From NCBI RefSeq assembly GCF_006345805.1, contig NC_042997.1, positions 121,272,001 through 121,336,000 of the forward strand: 64,000 bases of DNA, written 5' to 3'. Numbering within the stretch: the first letter of the stretch is position 1; every line of letters starts with the position of its first letter. This DNA is from Octopus sinensis. Its lineage: Eukaryota. A program made the position numbers and the translations under genes. The notes below the pieces were generated by a model. It was not told where the DNA came from, did not search any database, and saw only the letters and a program-made list of their open reading frames with translations. This document shows positions 1 through 12,851 of the stretch, in pieces.

Positions 1-539
1 AGCGTAAGTCTATACAAATGTATTGCCTAAAAGTTACTGTAACTTCTTAAAATTTTACAAAGACAGCCTTTAAGAATGTGGTCGGTGGAAAACACCGGAT
101 GCTGCTATTCTATACCTGAGCATTGATACTTCCATTTTAAGGTTATAAAGAAGGCTTTCAGTTGGCTAATCGTTCCCCATTGGATGTTCACTCTACTCTT
201 TAAAGATTACTTTCTAAAGAGAGACAAAGAAGACAAAGGTTCTCCACCTTTCTACAGATTACACCCTTCTCAATATGAATCAGCAATAACTACGTTACTT
301 TTCGTGATTTGAAATATCAAGTGAAAGTAAGCCTTAAAGAGAAATCAATGAAAATCAATTTTTAATTTTTTTTTTACTTATTTTAATAACCGTGAAGGCA
401 CATCAGCACATAGATTTATAGTTGCAAGATGTCACACAGTTTGTTTTTTTTTATTTTGTGGGTGAGAAATTTCAAATAATGCATTTACTATTACAAACTC
501 TTCATAGCTGCTACTCATGTAGGCAAAATTACAACACCA

Positions 540-657
540 CTCACTCACAATCATGTTTGTGCATATCTATGTGTGTGTGTGTGTGTGTGTGTGCGTGTGT
601 GTGTGTGTGCGCGTGTGTGTGTGTGTGTGTGTGCGTGTGTGTGTGTGTGTGTGTGTG
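540..657. repeat. (TG)n microsatellite
   Basis: Direct reading; it generates the CVCVCV ORF at 422-763. Confidence 0.95.
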
Positions 658-660
658 CTT

Positions 661-836
661 GATCACTAAATCCTCACCTTTTATTCTCTGTCTGTTTATT
701 TTATCTTATTCCTTTCTGTTGAAGCGATTACGATCGAAACGTAAAAGACTTGTTTTCCTTTAATATACAAACTAATATACATTCTAGTTGTTCATACACC
801 AGTCTTCGTCTTGCGTGTTTCTATAAATTTCCACCG

Positions 837-838
<2 letters not shown>
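661..838 (+). mobile_element. Penelope-type pseudo-LTR remnant containing a minimal type I hammerhead-like motif (712-747)
   Basis: cttt-CTGTTGA-(gat tacg atc)-GAAA-C-GTA-aaag: stem I cttt/aaag pairs, palindromic ACGT at stem III, GUA cleavage triplet. Minimal hammerheads in Penelope pLTRs are established knowledge. Confidence 0.55.
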
Positions 839-874
<36 letters not shown>

Positions 875-901
875 CAGAGAGAGAGAGAGAGAGAGAGAGT
901 C

Positions 902-967
<66 letters not shown>

Positions 968-989
968 TAAGATGAATAAATAGATAGAC

Positions 990-1080
<91 letters not shown>

Positions 1081-1115
1081 AGGATAGATACATAGATACA
1101 TACATAGATACATAC
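839..1115. repeat. Compound microsatellite (TA)n-(GA)n-(GATA)n
   Basis: Direct reading. Confidence 0.95.
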
Positions 1116-1707
1116 ATAAGAACGCGTTTTTCGTTGCAAACATTGGCAAAACATACCTTTGGTTCCTATAAATAATTTCTACCAATCTATAAAATGTAAC
1201 CTTTAAATGTCTCCTTGCATTTAATTTACCCTAAATATATCTATTTCCACACCTTTAAGCTTCATCCCCATCCATCTATCGCACTACACTTCTCAACTCT
1301 TGTTTCTTCTGCTATTTTCTTTCTTTCTCCTTCTATTTCTCTGAATTGCATTTGACGTTAAATCTATTATTAACGGTTTATTTTTTTTTTCAAATAACTT
1401 ACCAGCTTTCCGTTCATCGTATACGCAGTCATCACATTCGGTTAAAATGGCTTATTTATGTGTTTTGTTTCTCTTTTTTCCCCAGACGGGAAGATATGTC
1501 GGAAGTATAAAGATTTGAATAACACCTGCGTTTAACCCCATTTCTTTCTTTATCTGTTATACAAAAACATTTCACTAAACACTGGGATTTCTTCCTTTAT
1601 AAATAAGCTATAACATCCTTGGCACTCATGAGAACTTTTTGCTACCTCAGTAACTATTTATTTATTTATTCGTGTTACTTGTACACATTGATAAAATACA
1701 CATACAT

Positions 1708-1845
<138 letters not shown>

Positions 1846-2246
1846 TGTAAGCAATGATATGGGAGCATTTAGTATCCGGGAGACCCAAAATGGAGTAAGG
1901 CTATGTAAGTGCAACGGAAGGACCGTAGTTACATTTCCGCTTCAATAATAGTATGAGTGAAGAGTATAATACTGGTCGTGTGTGAGCAGAATTTTCACGC
2001 TGCCTTGCATTTGTTGTCTAATTTTATTTAACATATATATGCATGTATATATATATATGTATGTATGTATGGATGTATGTATGTATATATATGCATATAT
2101 GTGTATATGTATATATACACACACACATATATATCAATATATATACATATGTATATATATATATATGTATATATATACAAATATATATATATACATATAC
2201 ACACACACACATATATATATAGATATATATGTATACATATATATGT

Positions 2247-2319
2247 GCAAACGTAAATACAGGCGAAATTCCGCTAAGCATTTCACCTGGCGTGCTCACG
2301 ATTCTAGCAGCTCGCCGCC
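2247..2319 (-). mobile_element. SINE family A 5' fragment
   Basis: Reverse complement resembles the head ggcggcgagctggcagaaacgttagcacg seen at 8420 and 22802. Confidence 0.7.
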
Positions 2320-3250
2320 TGACAAACGTTTCAAAATATTGCCAAACTGCTCTTATATGGTCGCAGCAGTGTAAGTCACCTACTAGGCGAGGAAAGGACG
2401 TTGTCAGTGGAAACTGAAGAGACTGGGAGTTTGAGAGAGGATAGAGAGAGAAAAGCAAAAAGTAAAAGGTTATAAAGAGATTGGTAGCATAGGTATGAGA
2501 ATAGAGAAAACATGAGAGATAAGAAACGATGTGGGAGGAAGAGAAAGGAAAAGTGCTAGTTAAATAAACAAATAATATATTCAAATAAGTCCTCTCCTAA
2601 ATCTATCCAGACAGTGTGGAATCTGCAAAACCTTGAAATAAATACTACGAGACATCTGCACCGATGTTATTCATTTTCGTCCAACCATCGCCCAGAAATA
2701 TCATTCTGTTTTTATCCATATAGAAATTATAAAATCAGATTTGACCTGGTCACGATATGAATTCAGATCGCCGATTGTCGGATCAAATTTTGCCTGAAAC
2801 TCTAAACCCTCTACCAAATCCTCTCCTGTTTGGAAACAATGGATGAGTGTAAAATATTCAAAGCTCAAGTAATTATACTAGTTTTGATATTTTGACACAA
2901 GGCCAGTAATTTTGAGTTATTAATAAAAGTCTATCTCATCGAACACAGTGTTCCGACTGGCACTGATTTGCTCGGCCCTAAAAGGATAAGAAACAAAGTA
3001 AACCACAGAGCCATTTAAGATTACAGCGTAAATATTGACAAAATGCCGCAGAGCATTTTGCTCATCACACTAACGATTCTGTCCGCTCACTGCCTTAATT
3101 CAGGGAATAACAATACATTTTAGTTATCGGGATAGAAAGACAAATTTACGTGTAACGACTGCGAATGTGCGTGTGTGTGTGTTTGAATGTGTGTATATAT
3201 ATATAAATATGCGGGTGTTTTTGTTCAATCATGCATCTATATATATATGT

Positions 3251-3289
<39 letters not shown>

Positions 3290-3342
3290 TGTGTATGTAG
3301 GTATGTATGCCTAAATTAAGTACGTTTATACAAATGTGTATA

Positions 3343-3466
3343 TGTGGTTAAGAGCGCGGACTACTAACCCCAAGTTTCCGAGTTCGTTTCCAGGCTGTGA
3401 CCTGAATAATAATAATAATAGTAATACTAATAATAATAATAATAATAATAACAATAATAATAATAA
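3343..3466 (+). mobile_element. Short tRNA-derived SINE-like element ending in CTG(AAT)n
   Basis: tgtggttaagagc (A-box-like) and gagttcgtttcc (B-box-like), then gacctg directly followed by (AAT)n at 3406-3466. Confidence 0.65.
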
Positions 3467-6030
3467 AAAGTTCTACCAAGAACTGGGCAAAAATAAAATA
3501 GAAGTCACTGCAGCACCAACGGCAGAAGAATTGGAAGAATTCTGGAGACTATGGTCGGCGCGAACGAACCCAAAAAAAGGAGTATCAAATAACAAACTCG
3601 GCATCTGAACAAACTTGGACCCCCATAACAACTGAAGAGGTCACCCAGGCACTGCAAAGACTAAGCAACTGGAAGGCACCTGGGCATGACAAGATCCCCA
3701 ACTTCTGGTTGAAATATCTAACAGGATGCACAAAAGCTGGCTGAAAACTTTAACAACGTACTAGCAGAGCCAGAGACAATGCCTGAATGGCTCACGAAGG
3801 GGAAAATCATCTTAATTCCCAAATCAAATGAAACAGAAAAACCAGAAAACTACAGACCCATAACCTGCCTCCCTACTATGTTCAAGGCATTTACTGCAGT
3901 GATATCACAAAGGCTGAACAAGCACCTGGACGAAAACAAACTGTTCCCAGAAGCAGAAAGGATGCCGCAAAGGCTCATATGGCTGTAAAGATCAACTAAT
4001 GATTAATAAAGCCATAACTGAAGACAGCCACAGAAAGAAGAAAGGCCTCAGTATGGCCTGGATTGACTACAAAAAGGCGTTGATAGCATCCCCCACACAT
4101 GGATCCTCGAAACACTAGCCATAACAAAGTAGCACCAACAATCATAAAATTCATAGAGCACTCTATGAATAATGGCAAACAGTCCTACCCTCCAAACAAA
4201 AGAGGGACTCATGAAAACCAAAGACATCCCATTAGAAGAGGAATATTCCAGGGAGATACGCTCTCTCCACTCCTTTTCTGCTTGGCACTGTCACCTCTAT
4301 CTGATATGCTAAATAGAACTGGATGCGGATATAAATGTTACGGCAAAACGATCAGCCACCTTTTATATATGGATGACTAAAACTATACGCTGCAAATGAC
4401 AAACAGCTGGAAACACTATTAAAGACAGTTCATGGATTTACAAAGAAATAGATATGAAATTTGGATTAGAAAAATGCGCCAAAGTAACCCTGAAAAGAGA
4501 AAACTAGTTAAGAGTAACAACATCACACTAGATGAAGCAAATGAAATAAAAGAATTAGACCAAAGCCAAACTTACAAATACTTAGGAATCCATGAACTAG
4601 ATAAGACACAACACACAAATGAAGAAAAAGAAAAAAAGAATATTATAGACGAGTTAGATCAATACTAAAACAGAGCTCAATGCTAAAAACAAGATAATAG
4701 GTATCAACACTTTAGCTGTCCCAGTTATAAGTTACAGCTACAATAACCTTAACTGGACACGAAATGAACTGACCAAAATAGACAGGAAACACAGAAAAAT
4801 AATGACAGGATCTAGGATGCATCACCCAAAATCTGACATAGAAGACTATATATACAACGTATAGAAGGTGGTAGAGGCCTTATACAGCTGGAAAACTACT
4901 ATAAAATAACCACCATAGGACTGCAAAAATATCTACTTCAGAAGGAAGGAAAACTGATCCAGATAGCGGCAAAACACGAGCAAAACAAAAACTGTTCTCA
5001 GTATTTAAGGAAGCTGACAAATACAAACAAGAAATCATACCACCTAATAAACATGAAGAAGAAAAAGAAGATGAAGAAACAACAAAAGCTATAAAAAAAA
5101 TGAAATCCAAACTAAAAATAGAACAGCAACGAACCATGATAAAACGATGACAAGAAAAGCCCCTTCATGGTAAATACTGGACTAAACTAAACGCAAAAAA
5201 AATAGACAAAGAAAAATCCCAGCAATGGTTGAGAAGCTCAGGACTCAAAGCAGAAACAGTGATTTTTAATTGCAGCACAAGACCAAAGCCTCCCCACTAG
5301 AAATTACCAAAAACATGTAATGAAAAGAATATTACAAGTAACTGCAGAATATGTGGAGATGGACAAGAAACAATAAATCATATTATCTCTAGCTGCCCTC
5401 CTGGCTAAGAAGGAATATATTCACAGACATGACAGAGTTGGAACTTACATACATTGGAAGCTATGCCAACATTATGGAATAACAACAGAAAAAAGATGGT
5501 ATAGGCACACACCAAAAGGTCACAGAAAACGAGAAAGCAACCATACTCTGGGATATGCCGATACACACAGATAGAGAAATTAAGGCCAACAGACCAGATA
5601 TAGTTGTCAGAGACCATGAAGAAAAAAAATGCTTTCTAATTGATGTATCAATACCGGCAGATGACAACGTGTCTCTAAAAGAAATGGAGAAACTCTCAAA
5701 ATACAAAGACCTGGAAATAGAGGTAACTAGAATGTGGAATCTGAAAAACAGAAACATTCCTATCATAGTAGGTGCATTAGGCATGATAAAAAAATATTCA
5801 GACAAAATACATAACAAAAACACCAGGACTTACAAACACATATAACATACAGAAAATTGCACTACTAGGCACTGCACACATCCTACGCAGACACTTTCCA
5901 TACAATAACCATCAGACATCACAACAAATCACAGCACATACCCAAGGCACACAGCTGCGCTCGGTAGTGAAGTGAAAGCACGCTATAAAAATAAAAATAA
6001 AACTACTGAATAATAATAATAATAATAATA
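3467..6030 (+). mobile_element. 5'-truncated, frameshifted R4/Dong-type non-LTR retrotransposon (RT + CCHC + restriction-like endonuclease)
   Basis: RT motifs ENYRPITCLPT, AWIDYKKA, GIFQGDTLSPLLF and HLLYMDD (4366-4377); zinc knuckle CRICGDGQETINHIISSC (~5343-5398); RHDRV; REL motifs RPDIV..LIDVSIP..KLSKYKDL (5555-5720); 3' UTR ends in ctg(AAT)n; (AAT)n on both sides. The clade call rests on this domain layout and the TAA-repeat target. Confidence 0.9.
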
Positions 6031-6062
6031 AAATATTATTATTATTATTATTATTGTTGTTG

Positions 6063-6105
<43 letters not shown>

Positions 6106-6130
6106 CATTATTATTATTATCATCATCATT
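6009..6130. repeat. (AAT)n followed by (ATT)n/(GTT)n/(CAT)n microsatellite
   Basis: Direct reading. Confidence 0.9.
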
Positions 6131-6134
6131 ATAA

Positions 6135-6341
6135 CATTGAAAAAATACATTAGAAATGAGAACACAGGTTTGAAACGTCCCCAAAACACCTGATGAAGGT
6201 TGAAGGGTCCGTTGAAATTCGTTTATATATATAGATGGGCAACACACACACAATACACACACGTGCGTATGTACACCTATTGCATACATGCTTTTTGTAC
6301 GCATACATGTTCGTGTGTGTGGTGTGTGTGTGTGTGTGTGT

Positions 6342-6377
<36 letters not shown>

Positions 6378-6680
6378 CTGTATGTCAACAAAACACTTTT
6401 TTCTGGATGGAAAAAACAACAACAAAAGTCTTGACAAAAATACAAGTCTCTAGAAAGGGACTTCATTCCTGTTTGCAGACAATGGTTATTTCTCCGACTT
6501 CAAAATTGTTAAAATTTTTGGTTGAAAATTTATTTTTACTGCTATTCGCTGGTGCCTCTGGTAAAAATAAGTTGACGAAAACAGTTAGGCTCATGAGGAA
6601 TGTCCTCCTGAAACTGGAGAGACATGCGGGCATAAATTACATTCAGGCACACAAACACACACACACACACACATCCTGAC
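6135..6680. mobile_element. Probable Penelope-like terminal remnant interrupted by (TG)n
   Basis: CTGATGA..GAAA spacing at 6190-6217 (stems degenerate) and pLTR-like composition; no clear protein motif. Confidence 0.35.
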
Positions 6681-7317
6681 TTTTATATACACTAATATGT
6701 AGGTGGTGGCGCAGTTAATGGAATGAAGGTGGGGAAGTTGGAGACGTATTAATAGTAAATGTTGTGTAGACTTTTCTGCAAAATAGTCAGCTGACGTAGA
6801 GTATTTCTTCGAAGGCTATCGTATACTGAGTAACCATAACTGAGATGTAGAGTTGAGGAAAATTCTCCAACAATTATATAGCTCCTTTATGTAAGGAGCT
6901 ACTTTTGGAGGTGCGAGAGATGCTTACAACAAATGTGGATAAGACTGTTCGTTTTGAAAGAGTTGGGGCTTTCTTCCGAGCATTCTATGCCGCAATATTA
7001 CCCTGTAGGCCGGTAGCATACATTCACACCATTTTGACAAATCGAATGTTTTGTGGAGGGAACACATTTTGTCACTTGTTTACTTTACTCTGGTGGATTA
7101 CAGAAGGAACTATTGCGACCAAATAGACTTAGCATAAAAAGGAGGAAGTACCATATTTGGGTGTGTCTTTGTTCGTGACATTTTAGTAACAGTCAGATGA
7201 TTTAATAAGTCTAGACACATTTCCGACGTAAGAAAGATACCAAATGAATTCAGAGTGTTTTTATACACCAACTTCTTATTTGTAACTTACTCACATTACA
7301 AAATTGCTCCTATAATC

Positions 7318-7675
7318 CTAATTGGTTCCGGATTCTGGCCCACTGCATGGCACTTTGGGCAGATGTATTGTACTATAGCCTCGAGCCGACCAAATCCTTG
7401 TGAGTGGATTTGGTAGACGGAAACTGAAAGAAGCGCGTCGTATATATGTATGTATATATATGTGTGTATATGTTTGCGTGTCTGTGTTTGTACCCCCTAT
7501 ATCGCTTGACAACCGATGCTGGTGTGATTATGTCCCCGTAACTTAGCGGTTCCGCAAAAGAGAACGATAGAATAAGTACTAGGCTTACAAAGAATAAGTC
7601 CTGACGTCAATTTGCTCGACTAAAAGTGGTGCTCCAGCATGGCCACAGTCAAATGACTGAAACAAGTAAAAGAGT
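7318..7675 (+). mobile_element. SINE family B (tRNA-like head, CORE/V-like ggcaccttgggcaag block, internal microsatellite, conserved tail)
   Basis: Shared blocks gtggatttggtagacggaaactgaaagaag and gaataagtact..gctccagcatggccacagtcaaatgactgaaac with the copies at 17430, 33440, 52450 and 56665. Confidence 0.85.
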
Positions 7676-8419
7676 ATACATTCAAATAAATATTTTCTGA
7701 ATTTCTCAATAAAACTTCCATAATTAGAAGCAGATTCAGGCTCATTGTTTGAAATTGGTTTTAATACTGATCCACAAAGAACCTTTCCATACAACGGTTT
7801 AAATGTTTGAATTTGTCCAAGACAGTTACTGTACATTGATTTACTAGTTGGAAATTACGCAAAATACGGGAACGCAAATGTTGGGAAGCATGATGTTTTT
7901 ATTCGACATCAGTTGGTAGAGAGTTATGAGTGTTTGTGGTTTGTGAGACTATGTGGTTTGTTGTTTTGCAGATAGAATTTTGTTAATTTTTGTGACAGCA
8001 GTATTTTTAGTATTGTATATTCAGAAAACAGGGGATTGTTAATTTAAAATTAAAATATAGCCATTTCAAACCTTGGGGATCTAGAATTCTCTGAGCGAAA
8101 AATTTTAACTTTCGAATTAGAATACTTATTTTTGAATTACCATTTATGCCATTTCTGATGTTAATTTCGAATAGACAAAGAAAAACTACTGCCACAAGGA
8201 TGATTCCCAGCTTATACATTTCTATAGATTTATACATACCCTATTGTGTCTCTTAAATTCAGTTCATCACAGGCTGATGTGATCTGCTACTTGCACTATG
8301 AAAACCAGAATCAGGATCACTGATCTCCAGTGGTCGGTGACTAAACCGGCTCCACAACCTGAGTATTTTTCTAGACTTAAGATGAGGGTGTCTGGATACT
8401 CATCAAAATTAAAACCAAA

Positions 8420-8815
8420 GGCGGCGAGCTGGCAGAAACGTTGGCACGCCGGGCGAAATGCTTAGCGGTATTTCGTCTGCCGTTACGTTCTGAGTTCAAA
8501 TTACGCCGAGGTCGACTTTGCATTTCATCCTTTCGGGGTCGATAAATTAAGTACCAGTTACGCACTCGGGTCTATATAATCAACTAAATCCGTGTGTCTG
8601 TCCGTGTTTGTCCTCTCTGTGTTTAGCCCTTTGTGGGTAGTAAAGAAATAGGTATTTGTCTGCCGATACATTCTGAGTTCAAATTCCGCTGAGGTCGACT
8701 TTGCCTTTCATCCTTTCGGAATCGATTAAATAAGTACCAGTTACGCACTAGGGTAGATATAACCGATTTAATCCGTTTGTCTGTCCTTGTTTGTCCCGTC
8801 TGTGTTTAGCCCCTT
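8420..8815 (+). mobile_element. SINE family A, tandem dimer
   Basis: Head ggcggcgagctggcagaaacg, B-box-like gagttcaaat, central gaggtcgactttgcctttcatcctttcggggtcgataaa (resembles a Meta-type SINE core); second head-less unit from ~8650. Confidence 0.9.
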
Positions 8816-9369
8816 TGTAGATCAAAGCCGTAACAGAAGTTGATTGTGTTGGGAGTTATAACCTCGTAATAACTGGGATTCCATTCTTTTCCACATGTAA
8901 ATATTTCGTTAAGGCGTTCCCTTGTATTAACAACATTAAAATTCACCAATTATCACAATTATATAACAACTGGAAAATGTTACAAAACGGACCACTCAAT
9001 AACCATCAGATATAGGTCCATAGCAGTTTTGAAGTGCATGAGGAAGTGGAAATTTCGTAGTAGAAATGTGCCATTAGGGGATACGTCGAAATCCAATAGG
9101 GGATGTCGAAATAGGGTAATGTAAGTTTTGAAAACTTTAGTCTAAATCATATAGACGCATACACTCATGCATTTATGTTCTTTGTATGTAGGTGTTTATT
9201 GTATAAACGTATAAGCTTATGATAAACATATGCTTATACAGTTGTCACCAAATGTGACTGAGGGGTCCGCGTAACAACTATATTGCTAGAAAGAACAGTT
9301 AAAACAACCCAGAGTCGCAAGAGGCCGCATTTTCATATATTTACAGGCGAGATAACCGGCTCCCAGCAA

Positions 9370-10420
9370 TGTTAGATCAGTACACTTGACTCATTTTGCT
9401 TGAAAATTATAATCTTATCAGTAGTGACTTCTCTATCGCTGAATGTATTGGCTAACCCCTTCCTGCCAATATATATATTTATCACATGAAGATCCCATTT
9501 CTTTTAGCAACACTTTAATAGCTGTGGGCCAACGAATTGCGAGCTACTGGAGTACATGATCCTCAATCGAGACGGGACGCCTGTGCCCTTTAAAACAGTG
9601 TAGTGACGTCCAGTCTGGGGTTGGTATAACTTTCGATACCAAAGTTGGGTGCCATCCACTTCAGAATCTTCCATACATATATAACTGCATACCGCTCCAG
9701 TCTTCGCTCCAGGGTGTAGAGTCATAGCCATTTCAGTCTCTCCCAGTAGCTAAGCTGTTACATTTATGCAATCTTCCTAATGTAACACCGCTGAACTGTC
9801 TCACGTTCCGCGAGTAATTTGACACTAAATCGTGACGACAGATGAGAGCAGTAGTCCAAAAAACTGAGTAGAAATAACATCTATAGATCCAGTATAGTTT
9901 CCTGGTCCATCGTTCTAAAGGTTTGAGAATCAATCTGGCCATTCTTCTGCACACTACCACTACCTTGATCACATCAACACCCGGACCAAATACTGTATGT
10001 GACTCTGGGATTGCCATTCATTTCGTTGTTGCGACTTCTGAGCACAAATTTGCTGGTAGGAGGTGGTTTGGAATTTACTTGCATAAAAGTGCATGTTGTT
10101 ATTTCAGCCGTTTTATGTCCTTCTGTAGAAGATTAGCATCCGATGGTCCATTGACTGCTTGTACCACCTTTGTGTCGACCGTATAGCTAGTAAGTGTGAC
10201 TGCCTGTGTAACTGATGGCATATCAAAAAGAGGCCCCATGAACAATGCCATTCCCAATAGAGCTCCCTGAGGCGCCCCATTCTCTATTACTGTTTCCTTG
10301 GAGAGGAATACATTGGCTGCCACAGCCTGCTTTCTGTCTTTTAAGAAGTCATATAACCACTCTCCCAGTTTTCCGACTATGCCAAGATCTCGTAGTTTGT
10401 GACATATCATCCCATGATAG
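9370..10420 (-). mobile_element. Degenerate CR1/Jockey-like LINE, RT and C-terminal region
   Basis: ORF 10099-10410 reads GIVGKLGEWLYDFLKDRKQAV..NGAPQGALLG..LTSYTVDTK (QG and YADD-like motifs); downstream CRRMARLILK and PQTGRHYTV..FVGPQLL resemble CR1 C-terminal motifs. Confidence 0.85.
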
Positions 10421-10504
10421 ACCGTCCCAACGGTCTAGATATACATACATACATACATGCATAAATGTATAGATATAGATAGTATGTGTTTATATGTCTA
10501 TATT

Positions 10505-10598
<94 letters not shown>

Positions 10599-10690
10599 GT
10601 GTGTGTATGTACGTAAGTATGTATGTATATATGAATGTAAATATGTATAATTTATATGTTCTTATGCATATGTACATGTGTGTGATGGTT
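10505..10690. repeat. (CT)n-(TA)n-(TATG) compound microsatellite
   Basis: Direct reading. Confidence 0.9.
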
Positions 10691-12622
10691 TCTGTGCATT
10701 TGTGTCTGTTCACATATAAGCACGTAGATATGGTCTGTCTTTTTATAAATCGTGCTAATACGACTTCATTTTAGAAAGTAGTTAGGATTGGTTAAAATGG
10801 CTCTTAAAAGAAAATCGATCTTGTTCTTTTCGTTACGTTTCGTATAAATGCATTTGACGTGTTCTTCATTTTTTTATATTACGTTTTAAAGCGATGATTT
10901 AATTTTTTTTTCATTTCAAAAGTATAAAATTCCTAACTAATTTAATGATTTCATGTCTATAAAACAATTTTAACATCATTGTTTTATCTAATTGAATTTC
11001 TTTCACGCACATCAAATGAAGAAAATGCATAAAAATACAACGTAAGATGGCATTTTTCGTCCATTTCTTTTATATTTGTTTGATCTAATTCCTAAAGTAA
11101 TTACCTCTAGAGCTTTTACGTTAATGGGCTACCTGAACGATTCACTCAAATATTTTTGTCTGAAGGCTAACACAGAAAGGTCGAACAGAGAATAACGTCA
11201 GTAAATTCTTATATATTACATTATTTCAAATTCTCAGTCAATTTTAGGTAAGAATTATTATGCGTACGAGATTTTCCATCTTATAGTTTCTACCGATACT
11301 TTTTGTAATAGCTATTTATCTATATAAAATAATATCATTTCTTTTTCTATTTATGAATATTCTCGTATCCTGTAATGTGTTTATGGAAAATGTTTTCACT
11401 TAATGCAATATTAAAAATAAATTGAGAAATATTCTCTGGGAAATATTCTTACTCTAAAAGTTTTGATATTTGTTAAAATGTAATTACGCAATGATGAGAT
11501 AATTTGGAATTTATAATTTTACTTGTTCTTAGCATAAAATAAGTTTTAAACATACCTGTAAAACGTTTACAGTAATAGATTATACATTTTCAAATATCTA
11601 AAAACATTTGCTCTCATCACTGTGAACTGCTGCAGAAAATTGATGTTACTTAATGGAAATATCTAATTTAGTAAAGGAATGCATGGCGATCAGGATCGAT
11701 CTTTTGTAAAAGTAGACATGACATGTACATTTGGATGTTAGATTTTCTACATTGAGTTACTTTCTTACAATAGTAAAAGAGCAGATCAGATTTCTTTTTA
11801 CCATTCTGTCATTTATGACAGAGAGAATACATATGGGAAATAAATCTGGAAAGAGGCTACATCTAAGTATTTTTCAAGTAAGATTTTTTTTCCTGCTATA
11901 ATGCAGAAGTATTAATTCCGAAATACCCATAACAGTTTTAGCAATTTAGTGTTTTCGTGGTCGCTTCAACTTGATCGACGCATATACTTTATACTCATAT
12001 TATTGTTATTAGAATGAACGTAAAAGCGTCCAACACACATCAGATTTGAGCTTTGATTCAGAGGTTCATATCACAACACAAAGACCTCATATCTCTTTAT
12101 GATTTTAAGTTTTTAGTGTTTCTTTAATCTGTCATTTTTTTCTAGTCGATAATCATCTCCAAAATAAATGATGAAGTAAAAGTTCCAAAAATATTTGATG
12201 CGAGACGTTGCAGGTTGGGTCACCAGAAACATGCTGATCAAAAACATAGTTTTCGTATTTGAGAGTAGATATAGATTGCATGTTTTGTAATAAGCAGTAA
12301 GATTTCAATAGACAATAAATCTGTAATTCATAAAATCTAATATATTCTCTGTAGATGAAAGAAACTGGATAATATTTTATATATCCAAGCTTGGGGTTCC
12401 GCAAAGTTTTAGAAATTTAACTATGAGTTTCTAGACGTAAAACGTGCGCAACATTTTACTTTAGATAGATCGATTTTCCCACGTATAAAACACAAGAAAC
12501 TTCTAAGAAAGAGATAGAATCTACGCATCTCCATCTCATTAAAAATCTTCACATTGTCCCGGAAACAAAAGGAAATTTGACTCCAAAATTAAACTAGCTA
12601 TTCATTTTGCGATTCCACAATA

Positions 12623-12680
12623 CATACACACACCACACACACACACACATATATATACATATATATATAGTATATATATA

Positions 12681-12727
<47 letters not shown>

Positions 12728-12765
12728 ATATATAATATATATATATTATATATATATATATTTAT

Positions 12766-12850
<85 letters not shown>
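12623..12850. repeat. (CA)n-(TA)n microsatellite, ~230 bp
   Basis: Direct reading. Confidence 0.95.

Positions 12851-12851
<1 letters not shown>

Noticed and set aside
258-326. 69-bp segment with a strong acceptor and GTAAG donor
   Set aside because: Stop codons in all three frames; at most a non-coding exon, with no supporting evidence.
6730-7180. Possible LINE endonuclease remnant (VCYRP, IIVGEF) and a 9-bp-stem hairpin at 6879-6901
   Set aside because: Only two short motifs in different frames; too weak to call.
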